In this document: positions 39,444 to 52,228 of the stretch, piece by piece
Numbering within the stretch: position 1 is the first letter of the stretch
How the letters are laid out: each line of letters opens with the position of its first letter
NCBI RefSeq assembly: GCF_006345805.1
Contig: NC_043019.1
Coordinates: 4,339,360-4,403,359, forward strand
DNA length: 64,000 nucleotides
Direction of reading: 5' to 3'
Origin: Octopus sinensis
Taxonomy: Eukaryota
The notes under the pieces: model-generated
Database searches by the model: none
What the model was told of the DNA's origin: nothing
Seen by the model: the letters and a program-made list of their open reading frames with translations, nothing else
Position numbers and translations under genes: made by a program

Positions 39444-39743
39444 ACTAGCAGTATCGCCCGGCGTTGCTCGGGTTTGTAAGGGAAATAACTATATAAGCAT
39501 TTTTAGAGAGTTACTTCCCTTATATAATAGCGAAAAAATGCATTAAAAGGGAAAAAAATTATGGTAATTTTTTTTTTTAATCGTAGACTCATCGTAGACG
39601 CGCGCTAATACCCAGAAGGGCTCGATATGAATCACGACTATAAGATACCCGCTTTTGGTTAAACTGCACCGCAAAATGTGGGAGTAGTTAGGAATCTAAA
39701 TCGTAGGAGACAGACACACAACCTCTCTTTTATATATAAAGAT
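39444..39743 (+). mobile_element. HINE family 1
   Basis: Same termini and body. Confidence 0.7.
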
Positions 39744-40325
39744 ACGACGAGCTTCTTTCAGTTTCCGTCTACTAAATCCACTCACAAGGCTTTGCTCGGG
39801 CCGAGGCTGTAGTAGAAGACACATTTGCCCAAAGTGTCACACAGTGAGATTGAACCCGAAACCATGTGGTTGGTAATCCTGTCTACATACGTAGTAGTGC
39901 ACCGAGGGAAGAGACTATTGTAAGTTAACAAAATAGCAACGGATATAACAATTATTAATGTTAATAAATAGTTAAAAAAGGAAACCCGACGAAGAGTAAA
40001 ATAGCCATAGCGTAAGAGTTGTGTCCCTTATTCACCAGGGGTTGTCATTATGAAGATTGGTCTCCCTTTATGATGTAAAAAAAAAAAAAAACGTTGCTTT
40101 AACGATGGACGTTGGCACAAAAAAAACTTGGGGGACTAAAGGGGCAGTTTTATACATAAAAGTGAATGGTGTGCAAAACATCTAGTAATAGTTGTTAGCC
40201 ATCCTCACCAGGGGACGTAATAGTTATGGTTGCTTCTTCTTGATGGGGCCTCAATACCCCCACATATATAATCGTGTCTATCTGATGGTCCGCTGGTGAA
40301 AGGTAAAGAGAACTAGGTACTACTT

Positions 40326-41008
40326 AAGAAGAGTGGTCCCGGTGCGCGCACTCGCATACTCGTGCATCCGCGCTAGCTAAGTCGTGACTAGTCGATCCTA
40401 CAACGACTACCTAGCAAAATAAATAAAACACAAAACAAATAATTTTTTAAATCTTTTCGGTTTGAACGGCAGTTTTTTCTAGTGGTGTCATATGAAATTG
40501 TCACCCATAATTATGACCCTAGTATCGATCTATTGCATTTCAATCTGTTTTAGGGTTAGGGTTAGGGTCGGGAGGAAGGGTATCTTTTTTTCTTCACAAA
40601 TGTAAATAAATCCAATCCGTTTCTTAAACGAGGGACATATTCATACGGCATAGAATATTTTCACCTCAATAGACGTCATTGATTGGTTGAAATTGCAGAA
40701 ATTGAAGAAAAAACAACAACAAATATCTTACAAACTATAGAATTTTCTCAATAAAGCCAAGAGAAAAAGATGTTTCATAAACACATTCTACCCGTATACG
40801 AAGTTTAAAAGTGTTTAGTTACTTGGAAATTATTTTAAAAAACTGCCGTTCAAACCGAAAAGATCCAAATTATTTACTTTGTGTAAAAAAATTATTTATT
40901 TTGTGTTTTATTTACTTTGCTAGGTAGTCGAAGTAAGGATCGACTAACCAGACTAGCTAGCGCGGATGCGTGAGTACGTGAGTGCGCGCACCGGGACCAC
41001 TGTTCTTC
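40326..41008. mobile_element. Long-TIR version of the GGAT MITE family
   Basis: Outer inverted arms (AGTGGTCCCGGTGCGCGCACTC... / ...GAGTGCGCGCACCGGGACCACT) run continuously into the inner MITE TIR. Contains TAGGGTTAGGGTTAGGG. Confidence 0.7.
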
Positions 41009-41295
41009 CAGTAAAATGAGTGTTCAGTGGAAGGTGAATGCTCAGTTTCGTGGGTGAAGGTGAATGTCAAGGACAAAGTATCGAATGCTGCCACCCTTGA
41101 TAATATTTCCCTTCTACGGACAGACAATAAAAAAAAAAGTACGGTTTATCAACGGGTCACCAAAAGTCATTTCCCTTCATGGGGTAAAGAAGTTTTAGAT
41201 TAGGACAAGAGAAAACGCATAGAAACAATTTATCTATACGGAGCAAGGAAGAGGTCGAGAGGCTTAGAGAACCACACTTGAAGAGGAAGTAATGG

Positions 41296-41480
41296 CTTCG
41301 CTTCGCTAACGAAGATCAGGAAGGCTGTCCACGTCGCGTGCATGCACGCTCAGGACTGACAAGTCCGATATGGGAAAGGCAGGTCCGTGAGCAGTATCCA
41401 CAGACGAAGGTAACATCCGGTGTGGTGTCAGGGACGGCTCGCGGCTTCCTCCTGTCTTTAAGTGCGTCTCTTTGTTCCTC
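41296..41480 (-). mobile_element. Second copy of the 3' end of the same RTE
   Basis: Matches about 41700-41890 with small deletions. Confidence 0.8.
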
Positions 41481-41689
41481 AAACTTGCAACGGCAGACGA
41501 AATACCTATTTCTTTACTACCCACAAGGGTCTGAACACAGAGAGGACAAACAAGGACAGACAAACGGATTAAGTCGATTGTATCGACCTCAGTGCGTAAC
41601 TGGTACTCTATTTAATCGACCCCGAAAGGATGAAAGGCAAAGTCGACCTCGGCGGAATTTGAACTCAGAACGTCATCATCATGGCTTGG

Positions 41690-42160
41690 CTTCATGAACG
41701 AATCTCAGGAAGGCTGTCCGCGTCGCGTGCATGCACGCTGATGACTGACAAGTCCGATATGGGAAAGTCAGGTCCATGAGCAGTGTCCACAGACGAAGGT
41801 AACATCCGGTGTGGTGTCAGAGGCGGCGGCTCGCGCCTTCCTCCTGCGTCTCTTGTCTTTAAGTGCGTCTCTTCTTTGTTCCTCAAACTTTCCGACTGCG
41901 TTGAAGAGCCTATGGCACCAGACACTACGGTCCGCAGCCAAGTCTGACCAGCATTGGTGGTCAATATGACATGCTGTTAAAGACTTCTTGTTAAAGGCAG
42001 TCTTTGTAGCGCTTCCTCGGAGCTCCTCTGACTCGGTGGCCGGTGGAGAGTTCGCCAAACAGGGCAATTTTTGGAAGGCGGTGGTTCTCCATTCTGGAGA
42101 CATGCCCTGCCCATCGGATGGCTTCAATGCTGGGGATCTCGGCCGCTCCAAGAGGGAGTC
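41690..42160 (-). mobile_element. RTE (BovB-like) LINE 3' fragment
   Basis: LRWAGHVSRMENHRLPKIALFGELSTGHR.RGAPRKRYKD and a C-terminal C..C zinc finger. Confidence 0.88.
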
Positions 42161-42227
42161 GATTTATTATAAAGGTAGAAGGTGTAAATAAAAGACTCGC
42201 AGATCTGTTAAGAATAGCAAAGATGGT

Positions 42228-42609
42228 GGAAGCACTCCGTCGGTTACGACGACGAGGGTTCCGGTTGATCCGAATCAACGGAACAGCCTGCTCGTGAAAT
42301 TAACGTGTAAGTGGCTGAGCACTCCACAGACACGTGTACCCTTAACGTAGTTCTCGGGGATATTCAGCGTGACACAGAGAGTGACAAGGCTGGCTCTTTG
42401 AAATACAGGTACAACAGAAACAGGAAGTAAGAGTGAGAGAAAGTTGTGGTGAAAGAGTACAGCAGGGATCACCACCATCCCCTGCCGGAGCCTCGTGGAG
42501 CTTTAGGTGTTTTCGCTCAATAAACACTCACAACGCCCGGTCTGGGAATCGAAACCGCGATCCTATGACCGCGAGTCCGCTGCCCTAACCACTGGGCCAT
42601 TGCACCTCC
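42228..42609 (-). mobile_element. SINE family B
   Basis: Near-identical to 16719-17100. Confidence 0.85.
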
Positions 42610-42904
42610 ACAATAGCAAAGAACAGCAAACATTAAAGAAAAACGAATGCTTCCTTTCTCGACTGTATTCTTCCAGTAAAAGGGCGTTTAAAGCAGGTTA
42701 GAGTCACCTTCCATTGCCAAAAAAAGGAGGGAAGAAATACGCTTCTTTTAATCCTGGGAAGAACAATTCGTTGAGAAAAAGAGTGAGAGAAACATAAAAG
42801 AACGGCGAGGAAATACGATCACCTGGAAAACAAGAGTTGTTTCCCTTTATGTAAGAAAAAATTGCTAAAAGATGAGAATGAAGGACAAGAGATTAACAGA
42901 AATA

Positions 42905-43567
42905 CCTATTTCTTTATTACCCACAAGGGGCTAAACATAGAGGGGACAAACAAGGACAGACATAGGTATCAAGTCGATTATATCGACCCCAGTGCGTAAC
43001 TGGTACTTATTTAATCGACCCCGAAAGGATGAAAGGCAAAGTCGACCTCGGCGGAATTTGAACTCACAACATAACGGCAGACGAAATACCGCAAAGCATT
43101 TCGCCTGGTGTGCTAATGTTTCTGCCAGCTCGGCGGCGAGCTGACAGAAACGTTAGCACGCCGGGCGAAATGCGTAGCCGTATGTTCTGAGTTCAAATTC
43201 CGCCAAGGTCGACTTTGCCTTTCATCCTTTCGGAGTCGATAAATTAAGTACCAGTTACGCACTGGAGTCGATGTATTCGACTTAATCCCTTTGTCTGTCC
43301 TTGTTTGTCCTCTCTATGTTTAGCCCCTTGTGGGCAATAAAGAAATAAGAAACGTTAGCACGCCGGCCGAAATGCTTTGCGGTATTTCGTCTGCCGTTAC
43401 GTTCTGAGTTCAAATTCCACCGAGGTCGTCTTTGCCTTTCATCCTTTCGGGGTCGATAAATTAAGTACTAGTTACGCACTGGGGTCAATGTAATCGACTT
43501 AATCCGTTTGTCTGTCCTTGTTTGTCTCCTCTGTGTTTAGCCCCTTGTGGGCAATAAAGAAATAAGA
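42905..43567. mobile_element. Cluster of three SINE family D copies (-,+,+)
   Basis: GAGCTGGCAGAAACGTTAGCACGCCGGGCGAAATGC...GTCGACTTTGCCTTTCATCCTTTCGGGGTCG. Other copies at 7552-7777, 22770-22945, 30478-30711, 41485-41672, 46025-46205, 52535-52712 and 57770-57870. Confidence 0.8.
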
Positions 43568-43818
43568 AATATCGTCTCTTCTCCATGACCAATGAGAATT
43601 GATTGTAAGCTGGTTCACCTTCATGAAATAAACACTTCTCTCCAAAAATGTGTGATGAGAAATTTCGTGGTCTTGAAGAACGTCAAAGAAACGAATCGAA
43701 TGTTGCTTTCCTTGGTTACATTTCTCCAATCGGGGTGGCAGCTAAGGCAGGATCGAGGTACTTATTTGTCACGAGGGGTCACGATAAATAGGAAAAAGTC
43801 TTCTGCTTCATGAAGGGA

Positions 43819-44252
43819 ACAAAACTCGCCACCGACAGAAGGGGCGAGGTAAACGAGTGTTACTCTTTACTCTTTTACTTGTTTCAGTCATTTAACTGCG
43901 GCCATGCTGGAGCACCGCTTTTAATCGAGCAATTCGACCCTGGGACTTATTCTTTTGTAAGCCCAGTACTTATTCTATCGGTATCTTTTGCTGAACCGCT
44001 AGGTAATGGGGACATAAACACACCAGCATCGGTTGTCAAGCAATGCTAGGGGGACAAACACAGACACACAAACACACACACGCATATACGACGGGCTCCT
44101 TTCAGTTTCCGTCTACCAAATCCACTCACAAGGCTTTGGTCGGCCCGAGGCTATAGTAGAAGACACTTGCCCAAGGTGCCACGCAGTGGGACTGAACCCG
44201 GAACCATGTGGTTGGTAAACAAGCTACTTACCACACAGCCACTCCTGTGCCT
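43819..44252 (-). mobile_element. SINE family A
   Basis: Full-length copy. Confidence 0.85.
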
Positions 44253-45360
44253 ATTAGTTAGTATATATAGTAAGATGAACTATCCTACATACGCCACCAT
44301 CGAAATAATCATGTGTATAAGAGATGGAACGAGATGAAAGAATTACATATAAAACGTGAGAGGACGAGAGAGGGAGATGAAAAGAGTGTGTAGTGGATCT
44401 TGCAAGCATGAAGTGGATTCGATCCACCATAGCCAAATTTAAATTAACTCTGCAACAGAACGTTTTCTCACGGTGGAACAATGGTTTTCTCTGACAGCAG
44501 TTTTACATTTTCCAGATGCCTTCAGCTAGGCCCCGAAATAATGTCTTCACCACTTGACCCTTTCTAACCTCTTCTACTTCACCAAAAGCTAGAATAGAGA
44601 TAACAAGACCACCAACTAAATCTATTGCTCTCAATGATATATCTATCCTTCTGGATAGTTATAAAAGCAAGCACACCCCAAGCAAAAATCAGTAAGTCAC
44701 AGTCGGTGACGACTCAACGAGTCCAGTCACATGGTGACGACTCAATGAGGATGAAGTCTGGCTGACCAGCTAGAACCGTGGTCACAGAGAGAAATGAAGT
44801 TTACTGTCAGCAGCTGTGAGACAACACCCTACAACTCTCTCTAGCTCTAATTCTGTTCTCTTACAACATCATTCTATCTCTCTCTGTAATTACTACTAAA
44901 CAATGAAGAGGACTCAAACACAAACTTTACTTCGCATGCTTTTGGATTTATCATAACCTGCCCGTCGAGGCAAGGTATAGTAACGTAACGGTAAATAAAT
45001 ACTTTCTTAAAACTTCATGCATTGTACATCTTTCTCATCCTACAGTATGCAATTATAACAACAAATTTTTATCGTTACAACTGCTGACTCCGACATTTCA
45101 TAATATAGCGTACCTAATCATATTTATCGTAACTAGTGTGTCTGTAAGATGAATTCTCTTTGCATAGAACAGCTAAGAAATAATTACTTAACACTAATTC
45201 TGTTGGACTTATTTTAACAAATAATTAATTTGCGATACTTTTACCCTTCATTAATCACCTGACCTTTCCAAGCAGTGTTAGTCACATGGGGTGTTTACAC
45301 ACCCCAATACAAAAACGTTCATAGTTTTAGTATGATGTAAAATACCCTCATTCTGTTGGT

Positions 45361-45407
45361 TCAGGATGTATCTGCAATCACTGCTGAGGAGTTTGAAACC
45401 CTTGTAG
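45361..45407 (-). CDS. Possible last coding exon of CCDC17-like gene (ATRVSNSSAVIADTS*)
   Basis: TTTTATATTAATCAG acceptor. Phase 1 fits the preceding exon and the frame reaches TGA after 15 codons. Support is weak. Confidence 0.25.
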
Positions 45408-45427
45408 CTGATTAATATAAAACAATA

Positions 45428-45845
45428 CTCTTTACTCTTTACTCTTTTACTTGTTTCAGTCATTTGACTGCAGCCATGCTGGAGCACCGCCTTTAGTCGA
45501 TCAAATCGACCCCGGAACTTATTCTTTGTAAGCCCAGTACTTATTCTATCGGTCTCTTTTGCCGAACCGCTAAGTGACGGGGAGATAAACATACCAGCAT
45601 CGGTTGTCAAGCAATGCTAGGGGGACAAACACAGACACACAAACACACACACACACACGCACATATATATATACATATATACGATGGGCTTCTTTCAGTT
45701 TCCGTCTACCAAATCCACTCACAAGGCTTTGGTCGGCCCGAGGCTATAGCAGAAGACACTTGCCCAAGATGCCACGCAGTGGGACTGAACCCGCAGCCAT
45801 GTGGTTGGTTAGCAAGCTACTTACCACACAGCCACTCCTGCGCCT
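45428..45845 (-). mobile_element. SINE family A
   Basis: Full-length copy. Confidence 0.85.
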
Positions 45846-46406
45846 ATACAATACAATAAATTATAAAATTAAGGAAAAACTAAAAAAAAATCTTAGATTC
45901 AGATCACATTTATTTTGAAAATACCCACAGAATACACCATTTTGTGGAATTCTTTAATACCTATGATGAATATCACATTAGAAAATAACATAATGGATAT
46001 TCTCTGTTACAATATGCATTAAATAAAGGTGGCAGAAATGTTAGCATGCTGGATGAAATGCTTAGCGTATTTTGTCTGTCTTTATGTTCTGAGTTCAAAT
46101 TCTGCCGAGGTCGACTTTGCTTTTCCTCCTTTCCGGGTCGATGAATTAAATACCAGTTGCGTACTGATGTTGATCTAATTGACTGGCCCCCTACCCAAAA
46201 ATTTCAAGCATCCTGTCTAAGGGCAGAATATATACACCACAGAAACCATGAAACTGGTCCTATGAGTCTATATGATGACTCAGAAAGGATCTTTATCCTT
46301 CATATATATATATATACATATAATTTCATATAAATATTTAGATATTTTTACATGAAAAACAGAGAGATACTTTGAATTTTTGGCTTATACATACATACAT
46401 ACATTA

Positions 46407-46587
46407 TGGCTGCCCCCTCGTTATCGAGTATGGCCATTGCACGAAGCTTAACTGTTACTGGTGCTGTGATCGTATGTGACTTTTTAGCCCAGCTAAAGAT
46501 CTACAATGTCTTGTACAAAATTGGCAACTAAGACCTTTACTGGTAATAGCCGGCTGTAGTTGTAACTGGGCTTCATGTACCTTTGCA
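46407..46587 (-). mobile_element. Third, truncated copy of the zinc-finger short element
   Basis: Same 3' end, cut by an (ATAC)n/(AT)n tract. Confidence 0.7.
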
Positions 46588-46610
46588 TACATACATACAT
46601 ACATACATAT

Positions 46611-46683
<73 letters not shown>

Positions 46684-46912
46684 TATATACATACATATAT
46701 ATGCAACAGCATATGTGTATATATATGTGTGTGTGTGTATACATATATATGTATAAAATATTAGAAACCACCTTTTATCAATTCAAAATGAATAATTAAA
46801 TTACACCATCTAGAAAATTACATATAATAGGAAAGTTAAAATTGAAATAACAATAAAAAGTAAATATTAAATAAATTACAAAAATAATAAAAATGTATAT
46901 AATAGGTAGAAA

Positions 46913-46996
46913 AACGACACGTGTTTCGCTACTATATTTAAGAAATGATTATAGTAGAGAAATCACTTCCATATAAATATAGTCACTCATCAGGTT
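46913..46996 (-). ncRNA. Type I hammerhead ribozyme candidate with extended stem II
   Basis: AAC CTGATGA GTGACTATATTT...AAATATAGTAGC GAAAC ACGT GTC GTT. Stem I is AAC/GTT, with G10.1-C11.1 and a GUC cleavage triplet. Confidence 0.8.
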
Positions 46997-47068
46997 AAAA
47001 ATAAAATAGAACAATAAAATAATTAATTAATAAATATACTGTAATATATATATATATATATATATTTA

Positions 47069-47148
<80 letters not shown>

Positions 47149-47149
47149 T

Positions 47150-48890
47150 CTCATTAGGGAGAGAATTTGTTTAGATGAAATGCAGTTCGGTTTTGTACCA
47201 GGTAGAAGCACCACTGATGCTATATTCCTGGTCCGACAACTGCAGGAGAAGTACCTAGCTAAAGATATAAACCCCTCTACATAGCTTTTGTAGACTTGGA
47301 GAAAGCCTTTGACAGGGTTCCCCGTTCCCTTATCTGGTGTGGTCGATGCGGAAACTTGGAGATTGAAGAATGGCTAATAAGGGCTGTACAGGCTCTATAC
47401 AGAGGGCTGTCAGCAAGGTTAGGATTGGCAACGAATATAGTGAAGAATTCCGGGTAGGTAGAAGTAGGTGTGCACCAGGGCTCAGCCCTCAGTCCCCTTT
47501 TATTCATCATAGTCCTTCAGGCAATAGCAGAGGAATTCAAAACGGGATGCCCCTGGGAGCTCCTCTATGCCGATGACCTAGCTCTCATAGCAGAATCACT
47601 ACCGGAACTAGAAGAGAAATTTCAGGTGTGGAAGCAAGGTTGGAATCAAAGGGCCTTAGAATAAATGTAGCAAAGACCAAAGTATTAGTAAGCAGCAAGA
47701 GGTACTCAGCACACATCCCCTCGGGTAGGTGGCCCTGCTCAACCTGTAGGAAAGGTACAGGTAGAAACTCCATAAGATGCACCCAATGTAAGTTATGGAC
47801 ACATAAGAGGTGCAGCAACATTAAAGGGAAATTAACAGATAAGATAGCTTTCATGTGCGGCAGATGCACAGGGACAATAGACACAACAGACACTCAGAAA
47901 ACAGATTCCATCACACTCCAGGGAGAGAAACTAGAAGTAGTTGATAGTTTCCGCTACCTGGGAGACCAAGTTAGTAGCGGAGGTGGATGCACAGAGAGTA
48001 TCACCACTAGAATACGAATAGCCTGGGCAAAGTTCAGAAAGCTCCTACCCCTACTGGCAACAAAAGGTCTCTCCCTCAGAGTAAAAGGTAGATTGTATGA
48101 TGCATGTGTGCGAACTGCCATGCTTCACGGTATGAAACATGGGCTGTGACTGCAGAAGACATGTGTAGACTTGAAAGAAATGAAGCTAGCATGATCCGCT
48201 GGATGTGTAGTGTCAGTGTGCACGCAAAACAGAGTGTAAGTATCCTGAGAGAAATGCGGATATAAGAAGCATCAGATGTGGTGTGCAAGAGCGACGCTTG
48301 CGATGGTATGGTCATGTGCTGCGGATGGATGAAGAGAGATGTGTGAAGAAGTGCCACTCCCAAACAGTTGAAGGTATCAGGGGGAGAGGTAGACCCAGGA
48401 AGACATGGGATGAGGTGGTCAAGCATGACCTCAGAGCATTGGGCCTCACTGAGGCAATGGCGAAGGACCGAGATCTCTGGAGATATGCTGTGACTACAAA
48501 GACCCGGGCTGCTTTCTGCAGCAATTCCACATACCCCCTACCCATTCTAAGTACCCCGGATCCCCAAAGTACCCTGGATCCCCAAAGTACCCCGATCCCC
48601 AAAGTACCCCGGACCTCGTTGCCCCCGTGCCGCTGACACGTTAAAATGCTCGAACCGATCGTGACGATGCCGGACCCTCCGGCCCCTGTGCAGGTGGCAC
48701 GTAAAAAGCACCCAATCCACTCACGGAGTGGTTGGCGTTAGGAAGGGCATCCAGCCGTAGAAACTCTGCCAGATTCAGACTGGAGCCTGGTGTGGCCCCT
48801 GGCTTCCCAGACCCGGTCAAACCGTCCAACCCGTGCTAGCGCGGAAAGCGGACGTTAAACGATGATGATGATGATGATGATGATATATAT
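47150..48890 (+). mobile_element. 5'-truncated RTE-clade LINE with frameshifted RT
   Basis: QFGFVPGRSTTDAIF, FVDLEKAFDRVP, GVHQGSALSPLLF, LLYADDL, RLRWYGHV, GRGRPRKTW, then 3' UTR and (GAT)n tail. Confidence 0.95.
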
Positions 48891-49442
48891 ATATATATGT
48901 GAAAATCCTAAATATACATAAGTGAAAAATAAGATAATACTTCAATAATTAAATACTTTAAAATTAAATAAAATACACAAAGCTATTACAAGTCCCTGGT
49001 GCAACTGAAGAATCAGAGAAGCAGGGTCTGAAACTCTTCAGGGTATTATGGTACAAGTTTTGGAAAGAGTACAGATGTGTGAAACCGAAAATGGCTGCGA
49101 TTTAAGCGATGTCATTTTACATATGTGATGTAGTGGTGTGTACATATTAATTTCCATTATGTCCTTTATATTGTATGAAAATTTCAAATATTTATTTGTA
49201 AAGTTAAGGAAGTTATTAAAAACTGAAACCCATCAGCGACTTTTGGGACACGAAGTACACACACACACACACATACACACACACACACACACACACATAC
49301 ACACACACACACATACACATACACATACACACACACCACACACATAAATATAACAAGATGTAGGAAACAGTATTATATATCACTCCAATAAAGAGTAACT
49401 ATTGTCTCCCTCCGTGTCTTTGGTTTCTTGGAATATGGCTAC

Positions 49443-49512
49443 CTTCTCCTCCTTGGCTTCTGGGCGGACTGGCTGATGGAGGTGGCAATGGCCCAGGATC
49501 TTGGTGCGGAAC
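49443..49512 (-). CDS. Coding exon of CCDC17-like gene, Pro-rich (VPHQDPGPLPPPSASPPRSQGGE)
   Basis: TTTTTTCCCTTCATTTCAG acceptor, AAG|GTAGCC donor, 70 nt, GC-rich island in AT-rich DNA, phase 0 start fits the previous exon. Confidence 0.65.
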
Positions 49513-49554
49513 CTGAAATGAAGGGAAAAAAACAGCGGCTCAATACTTGGGATT

Positions 49555-49779
49555 TACTCTTTTACTCTTTTACTCTTTTACTTGTTTCAGTCATTTGACT
49601 GCGGCCATGCTGGAGCACCGCTTTTAGTCAAGCAAATCGACCCCAGGACTTATTCTTTGTAAGCCCAGTACTTATTCTATCGGTCTCTTTTGCCGAACCG
49701 CTAAGTTACGGGGACGTAGACACACCAGCATCGGTTGTCAAGTGATGGTGAGGGGACAAACACAGACACACACAAACAC

Positions 49780-49810
<31 letters not shown>

Positions 49811-49985
49811 CATACATATATACGATGGGCTTCTTTCAGTTTGCGTCTACCAAATCCACTCACAAGGCATTGGTCGGCCCGGGGCTATAGCAGAAGACAT
49901 TTGCCCAAGATGCCATGCAGTGGGACTGAACCCGGAACCATGTGGTTGGTTAGCAATCTACTTACCACACAGCCACTCCTGCGCC
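49555..49985 (-). mobile_element. SINE family A
   Basis: Full-length copy. Confidence 0.85.
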
Positions 49986-49986
49986 T

Positions 49987-50640
49987 GTATTTTTGCAGAA
50001 TATTTCTCTTGAATTTTTTCACATTGTGCTTCAGGTTTACCATTGTTTGATATTCTTCTGCAATGGTCTGGCTCACTGGATTAAGTCTTGGTTCACTGGA
50101 TTAAGTCTTGGTTCACTGGATTAAGTCTTGGTTCACTTGCTCCATTTTTGAGAGAGTCCTTGCTGGAATTTCTCAATCTTTCGTCGCCGTAAGGCCTTGT
50201 TCAAAGATAAGGGATTTAAACATTTCCTGAGTGAGTCCCTGAAATTTAAATTTTTCACACATACGGTTGACTACTCCGGCGTATGTAATAAAGTTATCAT
50301 CGTCATTTCTTGCTAAATTCCAACACTCCATTCAACAAAGTTTTAACACAAAAGATCTTTGATAGTAATTCAATAGTTTCTTAGAAACAAATCTCACTCG
50401 ACTTTTTGGGCAATATAAAGTTACAGTAGTGTTCATGCTCAGCCAGAGCAACCTTGCGCAGTAATAGCCTCACTTTCTCCTCATCTGACCATGACCTGCA
50501 ATCTTTAAAAATTCCTTGTACCTTCTATAGTATGCAGGAAACATAATACCCTCCTCTAGATTATAAGTGAATTCAGAAATTGAGTTTGCCACACTGTCTG
50601 GCAACCTTTTCAATAGTCTTGACTCTTGTAATATTATTAC
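49987..50640 (-). pseudogene. Degenerate Gypsy-type gag fragment
   Basis: PDSVANSISEFTYNLEEG...DCRSWSDEEKVRLLLRK...HYCNFILPKK...YAGVVNRMCEKFK...MFKSLIF.QGL, with stops and frameshifts and a 20-bp x3 internal repeat at 50073-50136. Confidence 0.8.
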
Positions 50641-50999
50641 CAGTCTGAATATACCAGTGGCGCATTCAGACTTCTAAATAAATCATTCACCCTGTTTTTG
50701 TCATGGAGAAAATTTCTCAATGTGGACAAGTCCAAATGTACCACTGGCATAACCAAACTAATGACAACATTGCATTTATACACACCACTGCTTAGTGCTT
50801 CCACCCCATAACTTAAATTCAATGTAAAAGCATACATAAATGATATATATAGGGAGAGTTTACGAGAAAAACAAAAGACGAAGACAGGTGGTGTACAAAA
50901 CAAACAGATGTATTAGTATAACGCTCAGGAATAGGATCTTTTTGAAGAGAATGCCTATAAGGTTCTCCCTCGCCACCCTGATACTAAAATAGTATTATT

Positions 51000-51260
51000 G
51001 TAGTACCTTATGTACTTGGAGTACCTAAGCTGCCATTGTCGTGGGTATTGATATTGTGGTACCATATACATCATTGTTGCAGTACCTTATATACTTCTGT
51101 GGCTACTGATGTTACGGTAACTAATATAGTGTTGTTGTAGTAACTTACATACTTGTAGTACCTAAACCACCATTGTTGTGGCTATTGATATTGTGGTACC
51201 TTATATATTCATTGATGCGGTACCTTATACACTGTTGTGATTACTGATGTAGACAAATGG
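51000..51260 (+). repeat. ~137-bp tandem duplication with GTACCTTA subrepeats
   Basis: Units start near 51000 and 51137. Confidence 0.65.
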
Positions 51261-51699
51261 CGTAAGTACACCAAAATCAGCTTGCTGTGCCACCTACCCA
51301 GAGTAAAATAGGAATCAAAAGGATCCACAGGTAAAAAAAAAATGGCTGATAGCCACTGATTTAGAGTAATCAACTGAGCTAAACTTTGTCTCATTATTTT
51401 TAAACACTCCAGTATAATTAATAAACAACATAGACAATAGTTTACACATTATTTTATTCTTTAACTTTCTCTGAAAAGTGCACAAGTAATATTTATTGTT
51501 TAATCACCAATGAGCTGAGCTCTAGTTGTGGAGGAAACCAGCCCTTATGAGCCAGGCATGGCTCGAGAAGGAACAAGAGAAAGACACAGTCTGTTCTATT
51601 CCATCTCTCCAGTATGTCCTTGTACTTGTGCTTACAAAGTACTGTTATTTCTTACAGTTTGAGGATGCAGAGCTTTACTATGAGATCCAGAATGTGAAT

Positions 51700-52145
51700 G
51701 AAGGGTAGGGGCAGACCCAGGAAAACATGGGACGAAGTGGTGAGAAAGGATCTTCAGACGCTGGGCCTCACTGAGGATATGACAAGGGACCAGAAGATAT
51801 AGGGATTTTCTGTACATGATAAGATATGTCAAGCTAAGTAAAAATGCTGTCTTCCACAGATACAGGCTCGTCCTTTTGGATGCCGGTGCCACTTAAAAAG
51901 CACCCATGCCAGTGCTGTGTAAATGCACCAATGTTGGCGGCACGTAAAAAGCAACCCAGGGCACTCTGTTAAGTGGTTAGTGTTAGGAAGGGCATCCAGC
52001 CACCAAAGCCATGTCACAGCAGACAGTTGGGAGTCTGGAGAGCTCCCTGCTACCCAGCTCCCTGCTAGCCAGCCCCCTGACAAAGCATCCAACCCACGAC
52101 AACATGGAAAGCAGACATTAAATGATGATGAAGATGATGATGATG
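51700..52145 (+). mobile_element. RTE 3' end fragment
   Basis: GRGRPRKTWDEVVRKDLQTLGLTE, 3' UTR and (GAT)n tail. Confidence 0.8.
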
Positions 52146-52228
52146 TGCCTCAAGATCAAATAAATTCAAAATCACAGGTCAATAGTATTGGAGTGACCAG
52201 ATAGAAATGTCTTTAGCATCAGACTTAC

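Noticed and set aside
44500-44700. Plus-strand AG...GTAAGT exon-like segment and LTR-like sequence to about 45110
   Set aside because: All three frames stop early, and no TG...CA ends, PBS or TSD could be fixed.
51660-51704. Plus-strand exon FEDAELYYEIQNVNEG
   Set aside because: It is the inverted partial duplicate of the minus-strand exon, and no other plus-strand exons support a gene.
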